From assembly GCA_026026165.1 (NCBI GenBank), contig JAPEUD010000104.1, positions 45,775 to 65,774 on the forward strand: DNA of 20,000 nucleotides. The letters are read 5' to 3'. The notes under the pieces are model-generated. The model worked only from the letters and a program-made list of their open reading frames with translations, was not told where the DNA came from and did no database searches. The stretch comes from Sarea resinae. Its lineage: Eukaryota. Positions 9,123-20,000 of this stretch are shown piece after piece. The position numbers and the translations under genes were made by a program. Position 1 is the stretch's first letter. Every line of letters starts with the position of its first letter.

Positions 9123-9994
9123 ATGTATCGCTTTCGGTTGGCAATCCTCGCTCTCTTGAGCTTGATTTGTACCGTCCTCGCCGGAGCAGGTGGTGAGTTC
9201 CCACCGACTTCATGCGAGGTAATCATGGCTGACTTCAGTCATCCACAGGCATCGCGGGTCTCCTTGACAGTGGCGCCAAAGGCCTCCAGGGTCGTCGTGG
9301 TAAGCCCCATCCTGTTTGATGCTGCGATTCCGCAACCTTGACCGGCCGACCGACTGACTTTTCAGATCATCAAGTCATCCCCGGTCATGATACCTTCTTC
9401 GAGGGCCGCGACTTGAGCCGCCGCACCGGTACAGAAGACCGCTACTCTTCAACTCCTGACTTCATCGCTAACCTGCTCCGTTCAGACGATCAACCATCTA
9501 CCGTGACCATGACCGTGACCACGACCCTGAAGACCTGTTCCACTGCAAGCCTTTCCGTCGCGATCTTGCCTTCCTCCATGGTCGCTTCGTCCGGACCGTC
9601 AACCAGCCAAGGTCCCACTATGGTTCCTGTCGTCCCGGTAACTGTCTCAATCACGTCAAGCATGACCAGCACTGCGCCCTGCACCACCACGACCGTCGCA
9701 AGCAACAGCACTTCCGAGTCGACCACCGCGATGGGAGCCGGATCAAAGCCCTCGTCAATGTCCGCTTCAGCTACCTCTGGCGAGTCTTCCGCTTCCGCCT
9801 CAGCCACCTCGGCCTCGTCCTCAAAGACTTCAATGTCGGCTTCCACAACAGCCACAGGCAGCGTGACGTCCCCAGGGACAGCCAGCGGCCCCTCGACGAC
9901 CTACAAGCCCGAGACAAGCACCGGAGCGGCAGAGAAACTTAGTATCTCCGCCCTCCTAATCCTACTCGGTCTCTTCTCCGCCCTGACGGTTTAG
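9123..9994 (+). CDS. Small secreted Ser/Thr-rich, probably GPI-anchored protein (~249 aa). Exons 9123-9192, 9249-9299, 9366-9994; alternative in-frame start at 8991
   Basis: Signal peptide MYRFRLAILALLSLICTVLA. Introns 9193-9248 (GTGAGT..GCTGAC..CAG) and 9300-9365 (GTAAGC..CTGAC..CAG), both phase 1, give 750 nt in frame. Ser/Thr stalk and C-terminal TGAAEKLSISALLILLGLFSALTV GPI-type signal. Confidence 0.85.
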
Positions 9995-10393
9995 ATGAAC
10001 TTCTTTTCTCATATGACTGGGAGGGGAGCTAAGACCCAAGCGCTGGATAAGGGTGGATTTGGTATAGTAGCGACTGGTACGGACGGACTTTCGATAGCGT
10101 GTACGAGATTGGCGATAGCAGATTCAAAGTCAACTGTTCGCTGCGGTGATTTTTGTCATCCGTTTCCTAGCTCCTAGCTACCTCCCGAACGACCTAGACA
10201 ATATGAGGATATCCTCTAGTAATAGGCCAGCTCAATCAATGAATCACGGATTAGAAATACAAAACAGATAACTTCCATTCCCAGTCGAATCCACCACGTG
10301 CAAGAAAAACACGCACAACCTAGAATGAAAAGTAAATATGGGAAGTAAAGCGAGAACACCAGTCAAGCGTCAAGATGCATATGCAAAAGAGCA

Positions 10394-10430
10394 GGTAAGT
10401 GGGTAGGTAGGTAGGTAGGTAAGTAGGTAA
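10394..10430. repeat. Imperfect (GGTA)n microsatellite
   Basis: ggtaagtgggtaggtaggtaggtaggtaagtaggtaa in the convergent intergenic region. Confidence 0.9.
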
Positions 10431-10523
10431 TGAACGAACACATCAATATGGCATCAATCCCAGTTCCTCCCCGACATACTTAATTTCCATGCTCGACCCC
10501 GATACAGAGCTTCCTATCCATGA

Positions 10524-10544
10524 AAGCAAGCAAGCAAGCAAGCA
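10524..10544. repeat. (AAGC)5 microsatellite
   Basis: aagcaagcaagcaagcaagca read directly. Confidence 0.9.
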
Positions 10545-10697
10545 TACCTATAATGTAAAAGAAAAAATCGCGAAAACTCCGTCCCCACCTACCTGACGCA
10601 CATATCTCAGCCAGCCGTCCGTCCACTAATATACAACCGGGCCATCGATATCATCATCTTCGCCCCACGATAGGAACAAACCACCACCTCAACCACC

Positions 10698-13600
10698 TCA
10701 ACCCGCGTTTCCTTCGACTTCGACCCCAACTCCGACCTTGACACAAACCTTACAGCCGCCCGCGATGCGATCTCTCAGGATGCGCGCATGCGTGACCTTA
10801 GCGCCCACGCTACGAGAGGAGTAATTCCGTCGGCCGCCATCCAGAGGCGCGTCGACATCGCCATCGACATTGGCATTGTCGGCGTTGCGGGTATCGTCCT
10901 CGCTGGAGGAGGATGAGGCGGATGAGGAGGGGCGGGTGAGACATCGGACGTGGAAGACGTGGCCGCAGGTGAAGCCGACGAGTGTTTGTTTCTCTGTGGC
11001 CATGGGCTTTAGCTTGGGGGGTACTGGGATACAAGGATAGAGCTGGAGCATAAGAGAGTAGAACAGCAAGAAAGAGGTATGAGGAGCGAACGTGAGAAGT
11101 AAGAGTGAGGGCAGAATAAAGGGGAAACCATACCATCTTCGAGAAAGGGCCTATGACAGCGAGCACAGTGGCCGGGCTTGGGTGTCGTCTTCTTCGACAA
11201 AATGGCCTTCTCATTCTCGTCGGCTCCCGCCACGACCGCCGCATCGCCGTCGTTCGTATGGCCATAGCCATCATCACCGCTGACATCGAACCTGACGGCC
11301 TTCCTCTGACCCGCCCTCAACGCATCCATGCCCGCCGCCACCTCGCCCCTCAAGACCCTAGCCGCGCCCTCACTGACGCTCATCTGAATCTCGTAATCCT
11401 TGAACATGCGCCTGAGGCCGTCACCCAGGCCCTCGATCTCCAGGCCTTCCGGGATGCGTCGGACAAGCATGATGGGATCGATACTGGTGCCGACCTCCTC
11501 GAGCAAGCCACGAATAAACCGCGGTTTGTCCATCGAGTAATCCAGCAGGTCATCCCAGAGGTCGGGATCGTCCTGAGCCTTGGCGAATTGAATTGCCTGC
11601 GGCACGTCGTGCAGCTTGTCGATGATGAGAAAGAGCGCGCGCTTGGTCTGCCCCGTTTTGGATAGCAGGAAGACTAGTTCCGGGATGAAATTGCGCTGGT
11701 CGCAGATCCGGCATGCTTCTTCGAACGAGTACGACTGCGAAGTCTTGAGTAACGCCATTAGGAGGGGTCGGTCGTAGGTGGCGAAGAGCTGGACGGCCAA
11801 GTCGGCGAACCCGCCAATATCGATGAGCGACTTGCCTTCTTCGGCTGTAGATACGGGTTGGGGAGCTGTTGGATCAGCACCGGCCGCAGACGTGCTGGAG
11901 TTGTTGGTGCTGCTACCTTGCCAGAGGGCACGGAGGTAGAAGAACAGAAAGAGGAGGTAGTTGCGGTCTTGAAGTTGCGAAACAACGGTCTCAGGGCGGA
12001 CCACACCTTGATGGGCTTCGTCGACAAGGAGGGCTATCGGCTCGGAAGTGGCGGCTTCAAGTTCAGGGATCGGCGCCTTGGCCATCTGCTGTTTCGAGAC
12101 GCGTAGCATGATGAGGCCTGGAATATCGTCTGCTACGGCGTCGACGAGGCGGTAATCGCGAATGAGACCCATCGCTGTATCCGCGTCTTGCAGGCGGATG
12201 TAGCATTTCAAGGCTTCCCGTGGCCGGCCATCAGCGAGCAACAGCTTCGCCAGGCCCTCCATCAAGATCCGCCAGTCTCGACCCTGTTCGCCATCCTGTA
12301 CAGAGTCTTCACGAACATCGCCAGATTTGAGCTTCCCCTCCAGAGCACCAGTGATACTCTTGATGTCAAAGAGCTCGGGCGGCCACTGTTCCAGTAATTC
12401 TTTAAGCCGGAGCCGATCGTGGGAGATATAGTGTCCCAACACAACCTCGTAGACCAACGATGGCAGAGGCGGGCGGAGCTGGGTCGTCGGGATAAAAGGC
12501 GTCATCTCGTCGAATTTGTTGGCCTGAGCAAACGTCCAGACCCAATGCTCCCACTGAGAAGATGTACCAAGTACTTTGCCACAGACTTCGCCCGCAGCTG
12601 CCCAATCGTCACTCTCTATGAGTTGCTGGATCCAAAGTTCGCCGATCCGACGCTTCTCCTTTTCCGCCGCAGAATTAATGGCCTTGTTTGCAGACGCCGT
12701 GGTTTGAGAGGCATCATCGGCAAGGAAGTCGGCGAGACTGTTCTGCTGGGGTTTCGATGGTGTGCTCGGCGGAGACTGAGACTCCAATACCTTGTCAGCA
12801 CTGATAATCTCAGGGTGTTCATTGACTAGTTCCCAAGCTTCTTGGTAATTTTGCCGTTCCTCCAACCATGACAGATGGTCGGTCAAGTCTCGTTTAGTGG
12901 CCAACACGCAATCATAGGGGCTTTGAATATAGATCTTGGAGCCTCTACTAGTGAGAGCTGGATGAGTTGCTCGGTCTCGATCGCCACCAAGACCATCTCT
13001 AGCGACGCCTGTAAGGCTTGATCCTTTAGGGCTGGCACCGTCGCTATTGCCCGAACTTCGTATGCTGGCAGCAGAGCCAAACAATTTGGTGGCATTTACG
13101 CTGACATCCCATAGCCCCCCTCCAATAGCCTCAAAGGCTCCACGTTGACTGACTTGTGCTGGAAGGGAATCTCCTGTCATCACTACACCAAGATGATAAT
13201 CAGATGCAGATAAAGATTCGAATCGGCTGACACTTAGTGTATCGACGGTCACCTCTCTCTCCACGTCCCCAGCGAGATCGATCAGTTTCAGGTCTGGCTG
13301 GAGAGCGCTTTGGCGGCCATGAAGTCTGCGTTTTGGAGCATCCTGAGCAGCAGAAGCAGCGTCGTCGTCATTTGAAGTGCTGTAAGCAAGTACAAGAAGC
13401 AATGATGGGGTATATAGCGAAAGGCCAGAAATGATACAATCCAAAACCCGCAATCTAGATGGGTCAGCCTCTATCGCCAATCCCACATGGTGGAGACAAA
13501 GGCTTACTTTTTCACAATGTCAGCACTACCCGCGGATCGTTCACCAACCTCCCTTCCAACTCCAGTACCTCCAAGGCGGACGTTTATGATCCAGACCGTG

Positions 13601-14994
13601 TCGCCCCATCCGACCAGCAGTTTCTCTCCCTTCCTATCTTTAAACGGCGTCTTATGTTGGATGCCAGTCGCTTGGCTGGAAGCCTGATCCGTAGTGCTTT
13701 GGAATATCTCATCAGACTCCAAACGACCCTCATCAATCCACTCAGCACGAGGTTTCCAAACAGCCGCCATTTCCTCCCAGCCTGTGCGGTTAGGACGATC
13801 AACATGGGCTATGCGCCTCCATGCAAAGTCGATATCTGCGCTGTCCATGTGAAGGTTCGTGCGCATGATTTTGATGCCTTGCTCGTTCACCCAGACAACA
13901 AAGCTTCCAGATAACGACCACTTGACGGTGCTTATGGTGCCTTCTCCCGAATGCAAAACGGTATCCTTGCCGTTGCTCGCACTCAGGCCCAAGGAGCCTA
14001 GCCAGCCAGAGGCCGTTGCCGTTGCGCTTCCAGTAGTGTTCGAGGTGGAGCTCGTACCGGCGCGCGCCCCTACTGTGAGAATCAAATTCCCGGCAAGTCC
14101 TCCGGAGAGGTAAGATCGATCGCTTTTGAAATCGGGCGAAAGCGCAACTGCCTGAACGGGTCTTGCGAAATTTCGAATCGTCACATCTCGAGGGTCGACC
14201 AAAGAAAAGACGCAGACATTTCCATCGATGGATGAGGTAGCTATGTGTATAGAGTTTGATGGGGTTGGCGGGAGAGGGGGGAGCCGGGCATTTCTAGCCG
14301 CGGGGGAGCTCGTCGAGGCTGTCGAGGGTGCTTTTGTAGGCGTGCTTGTGTTGTCGTGAGCCACCTTTCTCGGGGTGCTTGTTTTGCCATTGGATTGCGG
14401 AGGAGGGTAGGGCGATATGGAGATGGAGGTGATCGAGGCCGAATGGGCCTTGTAAAAGCGCAAGGATTGGAACGAAGGCAGGGACAAGACATGCTGGACG
14501 CAATTAGCTGTAGTTTGTCTCAAGGTCTACGCAGGCACTTACCACATTGCCGTTATGGGTACCGATGATCTATGAAGCTTTAGCATGTATGCGGATATAT
14601 CTCAGCAGTCGCGTGAAGCTGCGTCTGACGCGAGAAAGGAGCTCGGGCGTACCATCTTGTCCCCAGCGACGAGGAATGCGCTGGTGGCATCGCCGTTTCG
14701 ATAAATTGGGCCCAGACTGCCTGTCAACCTGGTGTATTTGAGTCTTGGCTCATCGTCGTCGTCGTCGTCATCCTCCTCATCTTCATCATCCTCTTCATCC
14801 TCGTCCCCTTCATGCTCATCCCCTTCCTCGTCCTCGCTTTCGTCGCCTTCTACGCTGTCATCTTCATCCTTGCCCTTGACCACGTTTTCGGGGTCATTCG
14901 TGGGCTCTGCTTCTTGTTCTGCCTCTGTCCGTCTCTGTGCAGGATTGGTGTCATGCTCACCACTCCACGCCCTCTCATCGGGTTCTGCAGACAT
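10698..14994 (-). CDS. vps41: Vacuolar protein sorting 41, HOPS complex subunit (~1323 aa). Exons 14994-14653, 14569-14543, 14493-13508, 13454-11134, 10993-10698
   Basis: Acidic N-terminus then EPRLKYTRLT..DATSAFLVAGDKM|IIGTHNGNV|HVLSLP, and WD40-type segments (ATSSIDGNVCV, NFARPVQAVALSP, HSGEGTISTVKWS). Clathrin-repeat region (FIPELVFLLSKTGQTKRALFLII, DDPDLWDDLLDYSMDKPRFI) and C-terminal RING-H2 (CARC..CGHVFHVRC..CKVC). Four GT-AG introns (14652-14570, 14542-14494, 13507-13455, 11133-10994) give 3972 nt in frame. Confidence 0.95.
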
Positions 14995-15288
14995 GCCGAC
15001 GGAAGTGTCGAGTTGAGATCATGCAGGCCGTCGTCCTCGAGCTGCGAGAGCTTCCATTGCTACATCAATACAAGCCCGAGGGCGACGTCAGGGCGCGTTG
15101 TTGCAGCAGATTACCTAAGCAGATCGGTATCCATCACCTCACAGCATCCTGACATCCGAGGCTCCGATGTCGAATCTCCCAAGCTTGCAAAAGTCCCTTT
15201 GTGAGAGATTGCAATTGTCAGGATAGATCATCCCAGCGGCCTCGTCCCCTGAGATGTTCGAAATCAACCCCCGACTACCACCACGGTG

Positions 15289-15406
15289 ATGCTGATGACA
15301 ACGATGATGTCGACCACACGCGAGCTGCTTTGCCGGACTACTTGCATCCAGAACGCCTCGAGATCTCCGTTGTCCAAGCGTTTATTTAGCTCCGCTGCAG
15401 CGGCCC

Positions 15407-15441
<35 letters not shown>

Positions 15442-16929
15442 TGCGGCATCAAGCTCAACAGCAACAAGTCGTCTATCTACCTCAACCGCTCGCCTCGAAC
15501 GCGATCGCTGCATGCGAGTTGCTCTCTGAGCAGTCCCCGCAAGCGCGATTTCTTCTCCTCGAACATCAACCGTCAGCAACAGGAGCCATCTCGGCAGAAG
15601 CAGCAGCAACAAGAAAGCCGGCCAGGCCCGCGGCATGAAGCCGAGACGGGAGAAGCACAGTCCTCGCAGAGGTTGAAAAAGCCATCGCGCATCCCGGCCA
15701 GCAAGACGTCTCTACGAAGAGTCGCAGTCGAAGCGCAACGATCTCGTGATGGCATTTCGTCTCGGCGTGGAGTGGGAGTGGGCGGCGCAGAGTCTCGCAC
15801 CAAGGTACGCCTTCCATGCGATCCTTTCAGACGAAAAGGGCCTAGCTAATTGGAAACCAAGAGGGTGACGGCCTATTGCGCCGCGGAACAATACAACATT
15901 CCCCGTGTGGTCTCGATCCTACAGGCCAAGGGCTACGAGTGCGATCCCTGTACCACAGGCTTATACCCGCAAGTGGTGCACATCGAGGTGCCATTGCACT
16001 CGAACGAGAACCAAGTCGGCACCGACATTGGCTGGACGGAGGGTGTCGGCGACGTCTTCATCTTCCCCTCCGGCACCGTCGTCGCCTGGTCCCTACCGGA
16101 CGATGTGGCGCTCAGGCTGGTAACCCAGACCCTGCTCCCCGCAGCCGAGAACCCGCACCTCGACCTGCTCGAAACCGAAGATCTCGAGTATCTCGAGGAT
16201 CCACAAAGAGAGAACAGTAAGATGGACGGCGACACCATCATTCTGGGAACGAAACTCCAAACTGCCGCCTCACCTCCAATCGAGAGCGAGGATGCCAGTA
16301 CCACCACCACCTTCGCGGCCCCTGCCAGCACCGATACCGCAAGCGGTCGCGTCGACACGGTGCTGGCCGAAATCGCCTTCTCCTCGGGCCTAGCGCGCAG
16401 CACCAAGCTCGCGGTGCTCGAAAGCCTGCTGAGCAACTACTTCTCGTCGACGCGGTCGATCCCGACAATGCTATCGCGGGGCTCGCGGCTGCCGTTCACG
16501 CGGTCCTTTATTCTCATGAAAACGGGCCAACTGCTCTCGGTGCGCGCGCAGCTGAATCTCTACTCGGAGCTCACGGACTCGCTACCAGACATCTTCTGGG
16601 ACAGTCGGCACGAGCTGGGGCTCGAGGGGTATTACGACCAGGTGGGCCGCGCGCTTGACGTCGGCGTGCGCATCAAGGTGCTCAACGAGAAGATGGACTA
16701 CGCCCAGGAGATTGCGAGCGTGCTGCGCGAGCGCCTGAGCGAGAAACACGGCCTCGTGCTCGAGTGGATGATCATCGCGCTCATCACCGTCGAGGTCGGC
16801 TTTGAGATCATGCGACTCTGGAAGGAGAGGAAGGAGAGGCTGGAGAAAGAGGCGCGGGCGACGTCGGGGGAGAGCAAAAAGAGCTTGGCTGGTGGTGATG
16901 GTGGGAAGTGCTGTTGCCATGAGCATTAG
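15289..16929 (+). CDS. DUF155 (Rmd1/Sif2 family) protein of the mitochondrial MRX10/RMND1 type. Exons 15289-15804, 15862-16929
   Basis: Arg/Ser-rich, acid-poor N-terminus resembling a presequence (SKRLFSS, RSLHAS, RDFFSS). Family motifs VTAYCAAEQY, DVFIFPSGTVVAW, AFSSGLARSTKLAVLE, LDVGVRIKVLNEKMDY and C-terminal TM LEWMIIALITVEV. Intron 15805-15861 (GTACGC..GCTAAT..AAG), phase 0. Start could be any ATG at 15289, 15295, 15304 or 15307. Confidence 0.88.
15409..15438 (+). repeat. Coding (AGC)10 microsatellite encoding poly-Ser
   Basis: Uninterrupted agc run in the presumed presequence region of the DUF155 gene. Confidence 0.92.
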
Positions 16930-18253
16930 TCTCGACCACGGTCATTGACGACTTCCTCTCCGGACCTCGTTCTGGCTCAGCCAAGATATGGTATCAAGTG
17001 TGGATCCATACAAACCGCCCTGCCAACTCCAGCATAGAAATTGGTTTTACGCCTCCCCTGTTAGGGCGTACGAGATCTTCTATTTCCTGTACACTACAAT
17101 CCTGTACATTACTCCTAGACATAGATCCCTTCTCTCCTGGCGTAATGCGGCGTACGCCCAGGCGCACTGCTCACTCCTGTATAGCCGAGCCAAAAATACC
17201 ATTCCACTCAGATCTTTTTCGACCCACCGATCAGACATGATTGCAGCAGCCATATGACATGCCTGCAAACATGGACGGGCAGGCAGTCTGCACGCGCATT
17301 CACATCGATTGCGTTTGGACAATCGCTTCCAATAATTTGGATCTCAACTAGACGTTCAGCGGGAAAAAAAAGGGGCTCGGGAGTGAGTATTGAAGGGTAA
17401 ACAGTATTGTCTCCACGAGGCCTAGATCCTGTCCAACCCTGCTCGCAAGACGCATCCTCTCGATCAAAAAACAGGCTCCAAATAAATTCAGTCCTGACGA
17501 GTTCCCATCATCGCAAGTCTGTCAAAATCTCGATCCAGAAAAGTGGCCAACCCCTCCAGCACGAACATAATGTCTACCTTCGATCAGGTCGGTTCCCTTA
17601 TCGATAGACGAAAGAGGAATCGTCCGGTCGGGTCAGGTCAGGGGTCGGGTGTCACTTCGATCCACGACAGATCGGCCGTGGTTAATCCAACGTCCAAAAC
17701 GGGTCTACGCGGTACGACGATGTGCCTGACGAGCTTGGAGTATGGCGGAGATCGACGATGAGGCTCGACAACGCCACGATGCAGTCACTCCGGAAGGTCT
17801 GATATCGCAGATCTGGCGTCGACATTTCTCGGATCAATGTATCGCGTTTTCCCTTTGGCTGCGCGATGCAACATCACATCACCACATCAGATCCAATCCC
17901 TAGATACAAAGTCACGCTCCACCACCCACTCAGCAACGATCGTCGTGATCACCGAGATGCACCGTCCTCAGCCGAGGAACAATCGCTCGCCGACCCCGCC
18001 ATCACGTACATCAAATGTTCGTCATCATCAGGCCCATGTCATGTCGGGGCTGATCAGCGTCAAGCACGAGATCTCAGCCCCAACCATGTATGCATTCGAG
18101 CCTTGGAGCCTCGTGTACTGTGAATGAAGCTTCAATCTTCCCTTTCCACCATAGAAAAGAATACTGCGCTGTCGTTTTGGTCTGCCCCTTTCCTGGAGAC
18201 CTCATTTCTCTCGTACTTTCTCGCCGTAATACACAAGCTTGCCGACCGCGACC

Positions 18254-19616
18254 ATGAACGTCCTCGGCGACAAAGCCGACCACGCCGAACAGGTCCTGCA
18301 CGAAACCCACCAGGACCGCGAGACCCGCCGCAAGGGCGCCTTCCACGAGTTCGAGCAGCATCTGCCGCATCTGCCGTCCCGCTTCGATGCGCCCGCCCGC
18401 GACAACATCACCGGCCACCTGGGCGCCCACAACCCGTTCTCGCACCCCGTCTCCGCCGCCGACGCCGTCTGGCTGCTCGACAACATCGCCTACCGCGCTC
18501 CGAAAGCGAAATCGGGAAAGGAAGGCCAGCAGCACGAGGACGGCGGCCCAAACGAGCGGCCGGCATGGCAGGCTGAGTTCGTCGCGGCGTACTTTGTCAA
18601 GAACAGCGGCCGCGACGTCGGCAAAGTCGTGGCTGATATCGCCGACAAGATTGGGCTAGCAGGCGACGACAGCGCCGACCACGATGCCACGCTGAAGCTG
18701 ATCAGCAGCCGGCTCGAGCCGTTCCTGGATACAATCCTGCCGGCGCGAACGGTAGAGGCGCAGATCGGCGACGAGAGAGGGCTGGTGAAACTCGGGCCGA
18801 GCGACCAGAACGGCATCAGCAGCAATACCATTACGTTCCAGAAGAGAGATTACACGGATGGCGAAACCATCTCGACGACGGCGGTGATAGAAGGCGCGGA
18901 AGACCCTAGCTCCAGCAACACGACGCATTTTGCGGACCCCGAAGGCTGGGCTTTCATCTCCGGTACTTGGCTTTCATCCCTTTCTCGTTCGTGATGACTG
19001 ACTCTCGCCATCCCTCGCAGACATAGACGACAGCATCAAAATAACCATGACTTCCTCGCCAATCGGAATCCTACGCACCACCTTCGCCGAGACCCCGACC
19101 CCTATCACCGGGATGCCAGAGCTGTACGCGCACATCCACGCCCTGCTCTCACCAAGCTGGACCTACCTCTCCGCGAGCCCCTACAACCTGTACCCCTTCC
19201 TGCATTCCTTTCTGCACGCGCACTATCCAGCGGGACCCATCATCCTGCGCCCGGCCTCCTGGATGGATCTAGCAGGCCTGCTCGCCTCACTGACCCAAGG
19301 CACGCAGAGCTACAAGTTCTCGCGCATCGAGCAGATCCACGGCTGGCTGCCGCGCCGCAAGCTGCTGTGCCTGGGCGACTCGACGCAGACGGACCCCGAG
19401 GCGTACGCGCAGGCGTACCGGAAGTTCCCCGGCTGGATCCGCGCCATCTTCATCCGCAAGGTGACGGGGATCGCGGAGATGGATCTGGATGGCCAGAAGA
19501 ACGAGGCCGCGCGGTTCGAGAAGGCGTTCAAGGGCGTGCCGCGGGAGGTGTGGAGGGTCTTTGAGCAGCCGGAGGAGCTGTATGATATGGTGGCCGAGCT
19601 GGCCGCGGAGAAATGA
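18254..19616 (+). CDS. App1-family (DUF2183) Mg-dependent phosphatidate phosphatase-like protein (~434 aa). Exons 18254-18962, 19021-19616
   Basis: Splicing intron 18963-19020 (GTACTT..CTGAC..CAG) builds the HAD motif GWAFISDIDDSIKIT. Other family motifs are YLSASPYNLYPFL, CLGDSTQTDPEAY and IRAIFIRKV. N-terminal VWLLDNIAYR..WQAEFVAAYF. Confidence 0.88.
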
Positions 19617-19702
19617 AGCGTTTGAAGCGCGCCATTCGTGATCCGCTTGGCTGTCTCCAGTTGATTGTATGTTTACCTTTACCTCACCCACGCAGAAGTA
19701 AC

Positions 19703-19787
19703 TATCCACATCCATATTCATATCCACATCTATATCCACATCCACATCCACATCCACATTTATATCTATCCCCAGATCCACATTTAT
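19703..19787. repeat. Degenerate hexanucleotide repeat (ATCCAC/ATYYAY)n
   Basis: tatccacatccatattcatatccacatctatatccacatccacatccacatccacatttatatct..., downstream of the App1-like stop codon. Confidence 0.88.
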
Positions 19788-19849
19788 GATATGTGAGTAC
19801 CTTGCCCATACCCATAGTCATGCCCGTGTCCATACCCATACTACCTTAG

Positions 19850-19978
19850 CAAACCAAACATAACATACCAACCTTACATGGCAAAATACCGCCACACCAC
19901 CATACCACCATACCACAGCACACACACACACACACAACAAAATGCCACCACAAACACACAAAACATCACACACAAAAC
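19850..19978. repeat. C/A-rich low-complexity tract with (CA)n
   Basis: CACCATAC repeats and a (CA)n run at ~19919-19936. Confidence 0.8.
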
Positions 19979-20000
19979 GAAGAAAGAGACTCCTTCCGCC

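Noticed and set aside
10994..11133. Possible stwintron in the 140-nt vps41 intron (internal CAG followed by TACC)
   Set aside because: The external intron would be only ~30 nt and would shift the frame; a single intron restores the RING-H2.
16930..18250. Short ORFs and a small hairpin (~17048-17070) in the 1.3-kb intergenic region
   Set aside because: No tRNA cloverleaf, snoRNA boxes or coding signal that I can support.
19590..19640. Stop-codon readthrough or cryptic PTS1 at gene ends
   Set aside because: The stops I checked (apsB, vps41, DUF155, App1-like) lack the TGA CTA readthrough context, and none of these proteins ends in an SKL-like tripeptide.
19287..19781. Minus ORF starting with DVDVDVDID repeats
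   Set aside because: Hexanucleotide repeat translation fused to the antisense shadow of the App1-like gene.

Overview
Intron-containing genomic DNA from a filamentous ascomycete (Pezizomycotina-type short GT-AG introns with CTRAY branch sites; the lineage is an inference). Six protein-coding genes can be modelled by hand. They are: (1) a 5'-truncated apsB/Mto1-family MTOC coiled-coil gene (+, <3..3969); (2, 3) a divergent pair of secreted, Ser/Thr-rich, probably GPI-anchored wall proteins (-, 5209..7898; +, 9123..9994); (4) vps41 (-, 10698..14994), head-to-head with (5) a mitochondrial DUF155 MRX10/RMND1-like gene (+, 15289..16929); and (6) an App1-family (DUF2183) phosphatidate phosphatase-like gene (+, 18254..19616). 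No rRNA, tRNA, CRISPR array or recognisable transposon was seen. The least explained element is a ~330 bp, ~74% GC island (4465..4792) between convergent genes. It can form several long-range helices, and its minus strand also resembles a broken reading frame. Other leads are GAATG/TEA-site clustering in the shared promoter of the wall-protein pair, their symmetric phase-1 microexons, stop-free 3n introns and a TGATG-overlapping uORF. I see no firm evidence of a new biological system; all calls come from reading the sequence, with no searches run.
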